Part shown: one piece after another, positions 11,452-23,399 of the stretch | How positions within the stretch are numbered: the stretch's first letter is position 1 | Layout of the letters: the number at the start of each line of letters is the position of its first letter | Source of the DNA: Rhizaria sp. SCN 62-66 | Taxonomy: Eukaryota | Direction: 5' to 3' | DNA length: 64,000 bases | Assembly: GCA_001724265.1 (NCBI GenBank) | Contig: MEDY01000018.1 | Coordinates: 62,001-126,000, forward strand | Position numbers and translations under genes: made by a program | The notes under the pieces: generated by a model | Told to the model about the DNA's origin: nothing | Databases searched by the model: none | The model's input: only the letters and a program-made list of their open reading frames with translations

Positions 11452-14400
11452 ATGCTATCAGCCCTTTTGGGTTTCTGCAAATCACTCCGCCGCGGCGCCT
11501 CGACCGACTCTCTCGGCGACTACGACGCCAACACCATGGACCTCCGTCCCCACCCCAGCGACCTCATTACTCCCTCCTCGGACCGCAACAGCAACAACAG
11601 CAACAACAACAGCGATTATGCGAGCCACAACAGCAACACCGACGGCAGCGACGTGACTCCACGCGCGATTGTGACGTATACGTTTGACTTCTTCGCTCTG
11701 CCGCACCACGCGCAGGTGATCGTCGTGTCTTTCCTTTCCCACCCGCAGCGCGCCCGCCTCGCCCGCTGCTCGCGCGCCGCGCGCCACCTCGTCAACGACG
11801 CGTGGCGCACCGGCGAGAGCTACTTTGCTGCGCGCTTCCGCGAGGCCGTGTTCCCCTTTTACGCGCCCATGCTGCCCGGCGTGACGATCGGAGAGTGGAA
11901 CGAGTCCTTGCGCGACACCATCAGGGCCTCGCGCGCGGGTTGGGATCGCTCACTCACTCTCGCTGCCTCCGCCGCTGCCGCTGCTGCGGCGAACTCCACT
12001 GCGTCTGCAGTGGACGGCGGCTCCGACGCGAATGCGCGGCAGACTGCGCTCGCGGTCGCGGTCGCCGAGAGCAAGTACCGTGGTCGCACCGACGAGGCCG
12101 TCGTGTCTGATCGAGAGGAAGAAGAGGAGGAGCGCATTGCAACCTCGGCCAAGCACTACAAGAGCCTCCGCAAGAAGGCCGTCGCGGCCGTCGCCGGCAA
12201 GAAAGGCGCTGACGGGGATGAGAAGGAAGACGAGGATACCACTGTGGGCCGCCTTGTCTCTGAGAAGAGCCTTGTTGCCATGAGTGACGATGACGCTGCT
12301 CCTACAACAACTCCCACTCCGGTTAACTATGACGTTGTGGCGGGGCCCAATGTCGCCGTCATGACCGAGGCCGAGCGCTTCGTGCTTTGCTACACCTCTG
12401 ATAGCGAAGGATCGTCCTCCGACCTTAGCACCTCTGACGACGAAGACGATAGTCACAACGACGACGCTACTAAGAGTAAAAACAAAGCTGCCCCGACTAA
12501 CAAGTCCACCTTTAATGCTGGAGCTGTTAACGTCCAGGCCTTGAAGCCCGCTGCCGCCGCTGCTGCTGCTAAGGGTGCGCCTGGCAAGACCACGACGCCC
12601 GACACGGCGACGGCGACTGCAACTGCCAAGTCCAAGCCCGTTAAGACCGGGCCTTCCCGCCGGCTCACTCTCGCGCTCCAGGCCGTCGCGGCGGGCACGG
12701 CGACGGAGACGCAGCTGCGGCGCGCGCTGCGGCGCGAGTGGGGGCAGCTCGTCAACGACTTCGACGACAACCCTCGGCTGGACTGGGCGAAGAAGGAGCT
12801 GCTGCCGAACGACGGTCACGGACGGGTGTGGGGCGCCGTGTTCAAGTACCACGACCAGGCGCGGGTGCAGGCGAAGCTGCGGAAATACCTCGCCAAGCAG
12901 GAGCAGAAGCAAAAGGACGCCCTCGCCGCTGCCGCTGCCGCTGCTGCGGTTTCTGCAACTGACAAGAAGGCCGACGTTGGTGACAGTGCGAATGCAGAGT
13001 CCTCGAGTCTCAGCTCTACAGCTACCGCGACTGCGACCGGTGTTGCTGCCACAGAGTCTGACTCGTCGAATCCTAACTCCCCTTCCGTCGCCCTCATCAA
13101 GGATACAAGCACACCTCCTGCTACTGACGAGTCCAAGGACTCCAAAGACACCGCAGCAACAGACTCTGCCACGAAGGACTCAGCAAAGACGGAGGTTGCG
13201 GTGCAGGACCCGGTGGGCCGCCGCCGCCGCTCGCGCCGCCGCGCCCAGGCCCCCGTGGCGCGCGTCATCCAGCGCGACCCCATCTGGGCGGCGCCGGAGG
13301 CGTTCTTGACCGTGGCCGCGGCCGAGACCGCGGCGGCCTCCCCGCTGTCGGCGCCTCCGGCCGCGCTCGACACGAGCTTAGTCTCGCTGTCCTCGCAGGG
13401 CGCGGCGCTGTCCTTTCTGACCGACGCAGTGGTGATCGCGGGCACGGACGGCAGCTTGCTGTCGTACCGGCTCGAGAGTCAGCGCGAGTCGATCCAGGTG
13501 ATGATCGACCAGTACCGCGAGCACATCGCGCGGCAGCCGCCCTTCCAGCACATTGCGCAGTGGCTCGCTGCGACGCCTTTCGCCGACGCCATCCCGACCC
13601 TCATCGACGCGTCGGCCGCGCAGCTGCTCACGCAACACCTGCCGCCCGACGGCGTGATGCCGATGGTCGCCCACGGCGGCGGCACGCTGTCCTCCTGCCG
13701 CCCCACGTGCCTCACGGTCTGCGACGACCTGGTGTTCGTGGCGGGGCGCATGCTCACAGTCGCCGAGGGGGCGGACCCCCACCCGCACCCTGAGACGGCG
13801 CCGCAGGGCCAGCTCTACAGCTTCGACGCCGCGCCCAAGACTGCGATGCCCTTCGCGGCCTCCCGCACCCTCAACTCGGCGCTACTGACCATCCTCGCGC
13901 GCGCGGAGGAGAGGCTCGGGGTGCGGTTCCCTGCCGAGCCGTGCTCGTTGCGGTCGACGCGCACCCGCAATCGCCGCGGCCCGCTCGCTGCTGAGTCAGC
14001 AAAGCGCGGCGCGTGCGCGCGGTGCGGGGACGCGGCGCGGACTCCTGACTCAGCAAGCTCAGCTACTGAGTTAGCGATTACTGAGTCAGCAAATGCGGGA
14101 GTGCGGTGCGCGGCGTGCGTGTGCCGGAAGAAGGAGGACGAAGAGGAAGAGAAAGAGGCCGCCTTGGCGAAGGCCGAGGTCGAGGCGATGGCCAAGATCC
14201 ACGGTATTGCCTGGGAGCCGGCGTTCAAGGGCGCCGGTGACGAGGAAGAAGAGGAAGACGATGAGAGTGATCTCAATAACTCCGACGAAGACAACGAGCA
14301 CAGTGTACGTCTCCCTAAAAGGAACAAAGAACTACAATGTGCGCACATTGTAGTTCTTTCTGTATTATCAGAACTTAAAGCTTGAATGTAGAGTTATGCT

Positions 14401-17400
14401 CTTAAATATTAATTATTGTATAATATGGATATCCGCTAAGTTATAATTTGAAGTGATTTCATCTTGTGGATATATCCCCCATTTCAATAGCCCCCATTTC
14501 TCACCCAAATCCTCTCTCTCACACTGCCTTATCGTGATACTCCATCCACAGGGCGTGCGCCCCGTGCCCGCCCTCTGGGCGCACCCGACGCTGCCCACGG
14601 TCGAAGTCTCCCCCGAGACGGGCGCCGAGGCGCTCGCGCTGCGCCTGACCCGCGCCGCCGCCCGCCGCCGGGCCAAGTGGCACACCGCCGAGGACCGCGC
14701 CAAGGTGCCCCTGCCGCAGCCCCGCGACTGGCCGCTGGACTTCGACCTGGGACTGTCGCCCTAGCAGGCGCGCGAGCTGTTTGCGTGGCGCAAGTGCGAG
14801 CACACGGACCCGCGGTCGGATCTGGAGAGCTGTGTGTATCATATGTGCAATCCCAACGCACACGCCAACATGGTCACCGCGATCACCGGGTGTACGTCAG
14901 AGATGAAAACTAGTAATACTCGATTTGATTATTGATATCAAGCGTTATGAACACGAAACTAAGTGATTAAATTCAACTCTAGTTCTACTAAATCAAACCA
15001 TTGCTTTTAATGGATAACGTTCTCACTTTTTCGATATATCTCTACGATTGTTTTGATTACGACAGGGCGTGAGGACTTCAGGAACGACGCTTACGACGTC
15101 CAGGAGACTGCCCCCTTGCCCAAGCCTGGCACCGCTGCCGCCAAGGCTGCCGCCGCCGCGAAGACGATGTCCGCGGCCAAGTCCGAGCACCCGTACGGGC
15201 GCATCGTGACCGGCGCCAACGACGGCGTGGCCGCTGTGTGGTCCGTCTGCTGCGGCGACCGGCTGACTGCGTGGCGCGCGCACGACGGCGCTGTGACAGC
15301 GCTTGTAACGATGCCGAACTCGGACGTGGTGTCGGCGGGCACGGACGGGAAGATCCGCTGCTGGGCGATGATCGAGGACGAGAACACGCGTGAGATCAAC
15401 TCCAAGATCCTTAAGGCCGCGGTGGACAAGGGCGAGAAGAAGGCCAAGGACCGCGCCGCGCGCCGCAAGCGCCGCGAGGGCCGCGAGCGCCGCCGCCGTG
15501 CGCGCGACAGGCGTGTGGCGGCGCGGCAGCGGAAGCTCGGCGAGGTGATCGAGCAGGAGCTCACTGCGATCGCCACCACACGCTCACTCAGCGACCTCAG
15601 CGGCGACCTCGGCGACAGCGGCTCGAATCGCACGACCAGCGCCAACATGACCGACGCTGGCGAGAGCGATACTATTGGTGCGAGTGCGAGTAATGGGAGC
15701 GGTGCGAGTAATGGGAGCGCGGTCGAGCGGCTGAAGCGCGATTATTACCCGTTGGGCGTGCCCCAGTCGGTGCTGTACCAGTTCGCTCGCCTTCCGGTGC
15801 CGCAGTCGGTCACTGAGAAGGAGCAGGAGGCCGAGGCTTTGATCGCTGCGGTGGCGCTGACCGAAGCTGCGAACAGGGTCAACACTGAGGCCGCCGCCAA
15901 AAAGGACAAGAAGTCAAGCCGCGGCCGGAAGACCCGCCGCAGTCGCCGCGGTGCCAGCGCAGCGAATGATAGGCAGGAAGGTTCTGACGAGTTTGGCGAG
16001 CCGATGCTGCCTGGTGAGCGCGGCTCTGTCATGATGGCGAGCTCGAGCTCCAGCGACAGCGACAGCGACGACGACAACGCTGATGATGACAACAACGGTG
16101 ACAGTGACAGCGGTGACAGTGACAACGAAGACAACGACAACAACACTGCTGTCGCTCTCCCTTCGACGTCCACCGAGGTACTTTTTCATATCAACAACTT
16201 AAACAAAACATATCTCACTTAATTTCGAACTTGCTTTCCTAATTTTCGGTCTCGTGGTTTAAACTATTGTTTTATATCTGCACTCTCGCTTTTACTTTAT
16301 ATTTTCTATTTTGACACTTCACTTCCAGGCCCAGAACACTGCCGCGCTGCTGACCCTGTTTGAGCGCTCCCAGTCCGTCGCCAAGACAGCCCGCAAGCTC
16401 CGTACGCTGGCCGACGAGGACCCCGAAGTTTCCCCGGATACGGACACACCGCGGTCTCGCCGCAAGGCCGCCGCCGCGCTCGCCGCCGCTGCCGCCGCCG
16501 CTGCTGCCGCTGCCGCCGCGGCAGGCACCTCGGACCCCAACGACACTGCCGCAGCGCCCGCCGCTGGCTCTAATAGCAGCAGCAGTGCGGAGGCCGAGGC
16601 GGCGCGGCTCGACGCCGAGCGGCAGCGTCTGCTGTCCGGTGACCGCCGCAGCATGCTTGAGGAGCTGCTGATGCTCGACCGCAAGCACACCAACGACGAC
16701 GGTAAGGATAGCTCGAGCTCGAGCGAGGGCGACGGCGACGGCGACGACGCCGAGGCCGTGACCGGCGTGTGGGCGCCGAAGCAGAACCTCGCGCAGCCGC
16801 CCAGCGCGCTGGTTCGCAAAAATGCCAAGTCTGCGGCGGACGCGGCCAAGGAGCTGCCGCGGTCGCTGGCGCAGCTGAGGAAGAACCGCAACCGCGGCAC
16901 GGGCTCCAAGGACGTGGTGCTGTACAACTACTTCGCGTACGCCACGGACTGGTACCCGGGCAAGAAGAAAGCCAAGTCGACGCGCACGCTGCGGCTGATT
17001 GCCAAAGGGAGCGAGAGGCGCAAGGCCAAGACGGCCGCGGCGAAGAAGCTCAAGGATAGCAAGACCGCCTCCCCGACCGTCGCTGCCGCTGCTGCCGCTG
17101 TTGATGTTGCAGTGACGGCGACCGAGGGCGCGGAGGCGAACAAGGACGCCGGCAAGGCAATGACTGACAGCGACAACGCTAGGATGAGCACGGTCGCCAA
17201 CAAGGTCTGTCCCTGCGCCTGTGGCTCCTGCCACTTAAATAAGCCTGGGACCGCCGCCTCTGCCGACTCGACTGCGATCCTGCCTCTGTCGTCGACGCCC
17301 TTTAAGTCCAAGGACTCCTCTTCAGTCAAGTCTGCTGCTGGTGCTGCTGACTCAGCGAAGCCCGAGATCACCCCTCTGGCCGAGGCGGCCGCGCGCGCCG

Positions 17401-20400
17401 CGGCGTACCCCATGTTGCGGACGCGCTTCCCGCTGCGCCTGATGCGGGTCACTCCGCGCGACGCGATTGACCACGTACTGCGCCTGTACTCGCTGCAGAC
17501 TGCCGCGCGGCTGGGGCTCGAGCGCGTCGCCGACCTGGACATGTACACCGATGTAACTACCTCGGCGCTCGGCGTGACCGTGACGACGACGGGCGTGACC
17601 CCGGCCGTGGTGTCCAAGGCGCGCGCTGCTTACGAGCAGCACTGCGCCGAGACGGGCGTCCCCGTCACGGGGCTCGTGCTGCCCCCGCTCACCGCCGCGA
17701 CCGTGGGCGGCACGGGTTCCGCCGTCACGGGTACGGGCGGCGCTGCAGGAACCGTGAGTACCCCCGGCAGTCCCGTGGTGTCGCCAGCGCGCAGCCCGGC
17801 GTCCCCGCTGCTCTCCCCTCTCTCGCCTGGCTCTAGCGCCAACTCTAACTCGGGCTCTAGCTCTATCGTGAGTGCGAGTTCGAGTTCGAAGCAGCGTGAG
17901 GCGCAGCGGCAGCGCAAGCAGCAGTCTCTGCAGCGCCGCGCGGAGCAGTTCGCCAAAGACACCGCGGCGGCCGAGTCCGCGATTCACGCCGCGCGCGCGC
18001 AGCAGCAGCCGCTGGCGCGTGCGCCACGCTCGTTGCCGCCGCGGCCCGTCGCCGTCGCGGATCTCAGTCAGGCCGCGTCGCCGATCGCGCACGGCGCCGT
18101 GGCGGAGCGGCTGGGCAAGATCAAGGCCGAGCGGCTGCGGCGCGCAGTCAACGCGTTCAAGCGGCGGCACCCGCGCAAGCCGCTGCCGAGCAACACCGAA
18201 GAGCTGGTCAAGTCGTGGGGGAAAATGACGGTCGCGGCGGCGGCAGCGGCGAATGAGACGGTGCGTGTCGAGGTCGAGGAGCGGGTCCGGCTCGAAGAGA
18301 GCTGGGAGTGGCGGCTGATCGAGGCACAATGGGTCGACCTAAACCTAGCGTTCGGCACGGACGGGAACACCAAGAACGACGGCGATGATGACGAGGACGA
18401 GGACGAGGAGGACGCGGAGGACGGCGCCAGTAGCGGCGATAAGAAGGAGAAGAAGAAGGATGCTAAAAAGGAGGGTGACGACAAGAAGGGCAAGAAGATG
18501 ACCGACAATGAAGAAGAGGAAGAAGAGGACGGTGTCATCTCAGTCACGACCGCCGCCGCTGCTGCTGCTGCCTCTAAGAAGGAAGAAGTTAAGCCGTTCA
18601 AGGCTTGCACCTGCGTCTGCAGTAATGGCCACCACATTGACGGTGCCGATAACAACAAGAACAAGGACTCCAATGCTACTCCTGCCTCTAGCTCTAGCTC
18701 TAGCTCTCTCTCTGTCCCGAATAAGGATGTTGCTCTTTCTGCCAACGATGGCATCACGGCAAGTGCATGTGACGCCGCTGACGCCGCCGCCGCCGCCGCC
18801 GCCGCCGCCGCTGCCGCTGCCGCTGCTGCTGTTGCTGTTATGGCTGATGACAACAAGCCCGACTCTGACTCTATCTCTGCTGCTGCATCTGCGTCTGCTC
18901 CGTCTGCGAAGGGCGAGGACGAGGATTGGGAGCTTGCGCTCCAGGGCCACGACGCCGACGGCGAAGACGCCGAAGAGGACGCCGCCGCCGAGGCCGCGCT
19001 GATCGCCGCCCGCCGCGCCAAGCTGTTGCGCCAACTCACCCCGGCGGGCCACCACTTCGTGTACCCCGTAGTAGACCTGGTCTCGGAGCTGGCGCTGCCG
19101 CGGGGCTTCGGCGCCGTGCGATGCCTGGCGCGGCAGGGCGCGCTGCTGTTCGCGGGCGGCCAGGGCGGCGTCGCCGTGCTGGACCTCCGCACCGGCCGCG
19201 TCGTGCAACACCTGCTTGCTGGCCGCGCGTTCCGCGGGGCGAGTCAGGTCGTGTCGCTGGTGGTGAGTGGAGACGTGCTTGTCGTCGGGCTCGTGGCGCG
19301 GGGCCCCGGCCGCCGAATTGGCGGCAAGCTCGACGCGAGCTTCCCGCTTAAGGCGCGCTCCAACGTCAACCCGAACGCCGTCAACAACAACAACAACCAC
19401 GACGGTGATGACGCTGCTGCTGAGAATGATGGGCATGCTGAGCACGGCGACGAGGAGCAGCGCGGGCGCCGCACCCGCCGCAGCCGCCGTCGCCAGAGTG
19501 ACCGCCCCGCCGCCGGTGGTGGTGGCGATATCGACGAGGATAATGATGAAGACGCGCTCGACGACGAGGACGAGGAGGACAACTGGGGCAACAGCGATTA
19601 CGAGGACGAAGACTAGGACGAGGACGAGCAAGTTGACGATCTCGGCGACGACCTGGAGGAGGCCGAGGGCAAGTTCACGTCTGATGAGGAAGAGGAAGAC
19701 GCCGAATCAGACGCCAACAACAACAACAGCGACGACACGGGCGACGACGACGGCATTTCGGCGATGATGCGCTCGTTCTTGCCCGGCTACAGCACCAGCA
19801 CTGTCCCCAACCTTGACTCCTCCGCTGCCGACGACACCAACGCCAAGGGTGCTAATGCTAAGAGCGAGAACAAGAAGAAAAAGAAGGAGCCCGTGGTGGT
19901 GTACGACGACAGCATTGCGACCGCTGTGGCGGCCATGGGCGACGTCTCCCTGGGCCCGCTCTCGAGCAGTCTGTCGCCCGCCGCCGTGCAGCGTCTCAGC
20001 GCGCCCCTCGCCGACTCGGGCCTTGTCCGCGCGCCCGCTCACAACGACTGCGGCGGCAAGGTGAAGAAGGCGAACGCTGCGATGACCGACAACGACGACA
20101 AGGACAATAACGACGAGGCCAGCGACAACGCTGAGAGCAGCAGCAGCGCCGCGGCATCCAAGCCCAAGTCTGCGAAGCGCGGCGGCAAGAGCGGCGCGCG
20201 CGTGCGGCTCCACGGCGGCGGCCGCATCGAGGTCTTCGACTGGGTCCGCAACGAGCGTCTCTACACGCTGTACGCGGGGCCCATGCGTCCCACGAGTCTC
20301 GCGCTGCGGCTGCCGACGATCATGGACCACCCCGACATCGCGGCCCCGCGCCGGTTTGCGTTCGGCGACCACGACGAGCACGGCGACGGCGACGGCTCCA

Positions 20401-21035
20401 ACACCGCCGCCAAGGCCAAGGCGGCAGCGGCGGTGGACACTGCGGCGAAGCAGAAGGCGCGTAACGCCGAGGAGGCCGCGCGCGCAAAGCGGCGGCGCGC
20501 GATCGAGCTGGGCGGCGTGGTGGCGCGTGACGCGCGCGTGGCCGGCGAGAACAACACTGCGTGGCTCGACGACATCGAGCACGTGCGCGCGCTCAACCGC
20601 GCCAAGCTGGAGGAGCGCGTGCAGCGGTACGTCATGGTGGCGGCGACCTTCGACGACCCCACGGCGGACGCTAAGATGGGCGTGTGGAAGTGGCCCGTGA
20701 GCCAGACGGGCGCGCCGCTGGGCCGCTCGCAGGCGCAGCAGGACGCGGAGGTCGGGGTCCGCGCGCTCGTGCCCGCGGACGCGCCCGGCGCAGCGGCGGC
20801 GCGGAAGCTCAAGCTGAGCCAGATCGCGCTGTCTGAGGGCGGACGCTACCGGCCGCAGCCGCTGACTCCCGAGACACTTGCGGCGCCGTACAACAACCCC
20901 AACGCGGGGTTCAAGCTGCAGGGCCGCGTGCTTAAGGCGATCATGCAGCCTGAGCTGAACAAGCTCAGCGCGGCGAGCACCGGGCTGCCGAGAATGATGC
21001 AGGGCCTGCTGGACCGCCTGCTTGGTAACCAGTAA
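11452..21035 (+). CDS. Giant F-box / WD40-repeat protein, ~3003 aa. Exons 11452-14304, 14552-14891, 15066-16177, 16329-21035; in-frame TAG at 14762-14764 and 19614-19616
   Basis: F-box-like FFALPHHAQVIVVSFLSHPQRARLARCSRAARHLVND. WD40 repeats AHANMVTAITGW...IVTGANDGVAAVW and AHDGAVTALVTMPNSDVVSAGTDGKIRCW; later beta-propeller-like strands (LLFAGGQGGVAVLDLRTGRVVQHL). Three phase-compatible GT-AG introns. Ends TAA. Confidence 0.75.
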
Positions 21036-21394
21036 TTGCGCAAGATAGCCATTGCGATGATACAGCTGCAAATTGCGAAATGTAATGTTTTTCAAGATAT
21101 ATGTTTAGTTTTTTTATGTGAATCCAATAAAATATCATGATTATTTCTCGCATCAAATCGCTAAACGCTTCCGCTGTGATTGAAGTGTGCAGCTACAGAT
21201 GTCGAACAAAAGCAACGTAAGTTAGAAGGATAATAGAGCGACTTAAAATGTATTACTACACTAAACAACAGGAACTCGTTGAGCAAAGCCAACAGGCACT
21301 CTCTCTTTGTAGATAATTTTGACGCAAAGTGAGAAGAGAGAGAAAAATAGTGGTCAAAGCACAAGACAAGACTGAAACAGAAAGGGCGAGCTGC

Positions 21395-22465
21395 TTACGC
21401 GGAGTAGTCACGCAGAGTCTGCATGTCGATGACGAAGCGGTACTTGACGTCGCTCTTGAGCATGCGCTCGTAAGCCTCGTTGACCTTGGTGATGGGGATC
21501 ATCTCGGTGTCGGGAAGGATGTTGTGCTTGGCGCAGAAGTCGAGCATCTCCTGGGTCTCAGCAATGCCGCCGATGAGCGAGCCGGACATCGACTTGCGGC
21601 CGAAGATGAGCGCGAAGGTGGGCACCTGCAGAGGCTTCTCGGGCGCGCCCACGAAGGTCATGTGGCCGTCGGTCTTGAGGAGGCTGAGCAGCGCGACGAC
21701 GTCGTGGTCGGCCGACACGCAGTCGAGGATGAAGTCGAGGGAGCCCGCCGCGGCCGCCATCGACGCGGGGTCGCGGGACAGGATGGCGTGCGCGGCGCCA
21801 AGGCGCTTGGCGTCGCCGACCTTGGACTCGGAGGTAGTGATGATGGTCACCTCGGCGCCCATCGCCGCGGCGAGCTTGATGCCCATGTGGCCGAGGCCGC
21901 CGAGGCCGACGACGCCGACCTTGGAGCCGGGGCCAATGTTCTTGTGGCGCAGCGGCGAGTAGGTCGTGATGCCCGCGCAGAGCAGCGGCGCCGCGGCCTT
22001 GATGTCGAGCGACTCAGGGATGCGGAGCACAAACTCCTCGGTGACGACGATCGTGGTGGAGTAGCCGCCGTAGGTGTGCTGGCCGGGGATGTGCTTGTCG
22101 TCGCTGTTGTACGTGCCGACCATGCCCTTCTGGCAGAACTGCTCAAGCCCGGCCTTGCAGGAGTCGCACTCGCGGCACGAGTCAACCATGCAGCCCACAC
22201 CGACGGTGTCGCCGACCTTGAACTTTGTCACGGCGGAGCCGGCCTCAACGACCTTGCCGATGATCTCGTGCCCGGGGCAGCAGTTGTACTTGGTGCCCGC
22301 CCAGTCGCCCTTGATGGTGTGGTAGTCGGAGTGGCAGATGCCGCAGTATGCGACCTCGATGGTCACATCGGTGGGGCCGACGACGCGGCGGGGGATCATG
22401 AGGAGATCCAGAGGGGCGGTCTTGTTGGGGGCGCCCCAGGCCTTGACTTCGTACGTGTTGCTCAT
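21395..22465 (-). CDS. Zn-dependent NADP(+) alcohol dehydrogenase, cinnamyl-alcohol dehydrogenase family (YahK/AdhC-like), 356 aa, intronless
   Basis: CGICHSD, PGHEIIG, structural Zn motif CRECDSCKAGLEQFC, APLLCAGITTYSPL, GLGGLGHMG, C-terminal DVKYRFVID. Ends TAA. Confidence 0.95.
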   Translation of the reverse strand: MSNTYEVKAWGAPNKTAPLDLLMIPRRVVGPTDVTIEVAYCGICHSDYHTIKGDWAGTKYNCCPGHEIIGKVVEAGSAVTKFKVGDTVGVGCMVDSCRECDSCKAGLEQFCQKGMVGTYNSDDKHIPGQHTYGGYSTTIVVTEEFVLRIPESLDIKAAAPLLCAGITTYSPLRHKNIGPGSKVGVVGLGGLGHMGIKLAAAMGAEVTIITTSESKVGDAKRLGAAHAILSRDPASMAAAAGSLDFILDCVSADHDVVALLSLLKTDGHMTFVGAPEKPLQVPTFALIFGRKSMSGSLIGGIAETQEMLDFCAKHNILPDTEMIPITKVNEAYERMLKSDVKYRFVIDMQTLRDYSA

Positions 22466-23399
22466 GGTGAGTGTAGTCGCTGCAAATCAAAGTGTGTGGG
22501 TGTGCGTAGTTGGAGATGGGTGTGGTTGATTGCGGTGGGAAGTGAGTGCGGTGGTTTGTTGTGTTGTTTCAAGGCAGTAGTCGTGCATGAAAGGAAACTT
22601 ATAAACAACTGCAACGAGCCGGAAACGCGCTCGGTTGGTGGATATATGTGTGTCAAATCGTCCCAGTATAGAGCTGTCAATAAGTGTTATGTAGTCCGGT
22701 CAGTACGAAATCGCAGAAACGCTGTCAGATACTTCGTGGCACGCTGGTAGAAGCCTTGATCTACATCTCTCGGCGCTTTGAGAGTCATCGTTAGGGCCGA
22801 GAGAAAGGAATGTGTAGTTCGCGCTAACACAGTGGTTGAAATCAGATATTGCAAATAGACATGTCAATTCCCGTTGTGATCTCACTAAATCACGGCATTT
22901 TACTATGTTCACATGTCGGCTTTGGTGTTTTTTACATCTTCCGGTTAAACGCTCCTCGCTCCTCCCGGTCCTCGTTCGGGAACTTTGCTTCGTCGCTGCC
23001 TCCGCTCGAGGACTGTGACTGAGTGCCCCTTCTCCGCAGGCTTCGAATTGTGCCGACACATACTGTGTCGTTACATCCATGACGCTATTTTCACGCGCCT
23101 CTGTGACTTTAGTTACCAGACTGTCTATTGGCGCTTTTTTCCAACTTGAAGATGCTCGAGGTTTGCACACCGCTACTTTTGACTGTCCATATGGTGTGGT
23201 TGTGGTGTGGTGGCCAGTCCAGCCTGTCTGTCAGCTCATATGAGCTATGTTGAGGAGTATTATCTCAGTCGTTCTAACATCAGTACGAATGGTGACCGGG
23301 GATTCGAATCTTCCCGCGTGTTAGCTGATAACTCATTGACATTGTACTCCGAAACATACTTTTTGTGCATCTCTCTTGGCAATCTTCATAGACTTGCAG

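Noticed and set aside
18778-18832. GCC/GCT, AAC and AGC triplet runs as CRISPR-like or mobile repeats
   Set aside because: They are coding microsatellites for poly-Ala/Asn/Ser with no repeat-spacer structure. I saw no transposase, reverse transcriptase or terminal repeats in the window.
21329-22750. Long antisense and alternate-frame ORFs (e.g. 21329..22750 +, 31063..31764 +, 5581..6912 +, 19707..21095 -)
   Set aside because: They are shadow ORFs caused by strong GC and codon bias of the real gene on the other strand, and they carry no recognisable motifs.
23290-23316. tRNA-like fragment (TTCGAAT...CACCA on the - strand) as a candidate suppressor tRNA
   Set aside because: The T-stem does not pair properly, the spacing to CCA is too short, and no D or anticodon arm is present. 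I recognised no tRNA gene in the window.
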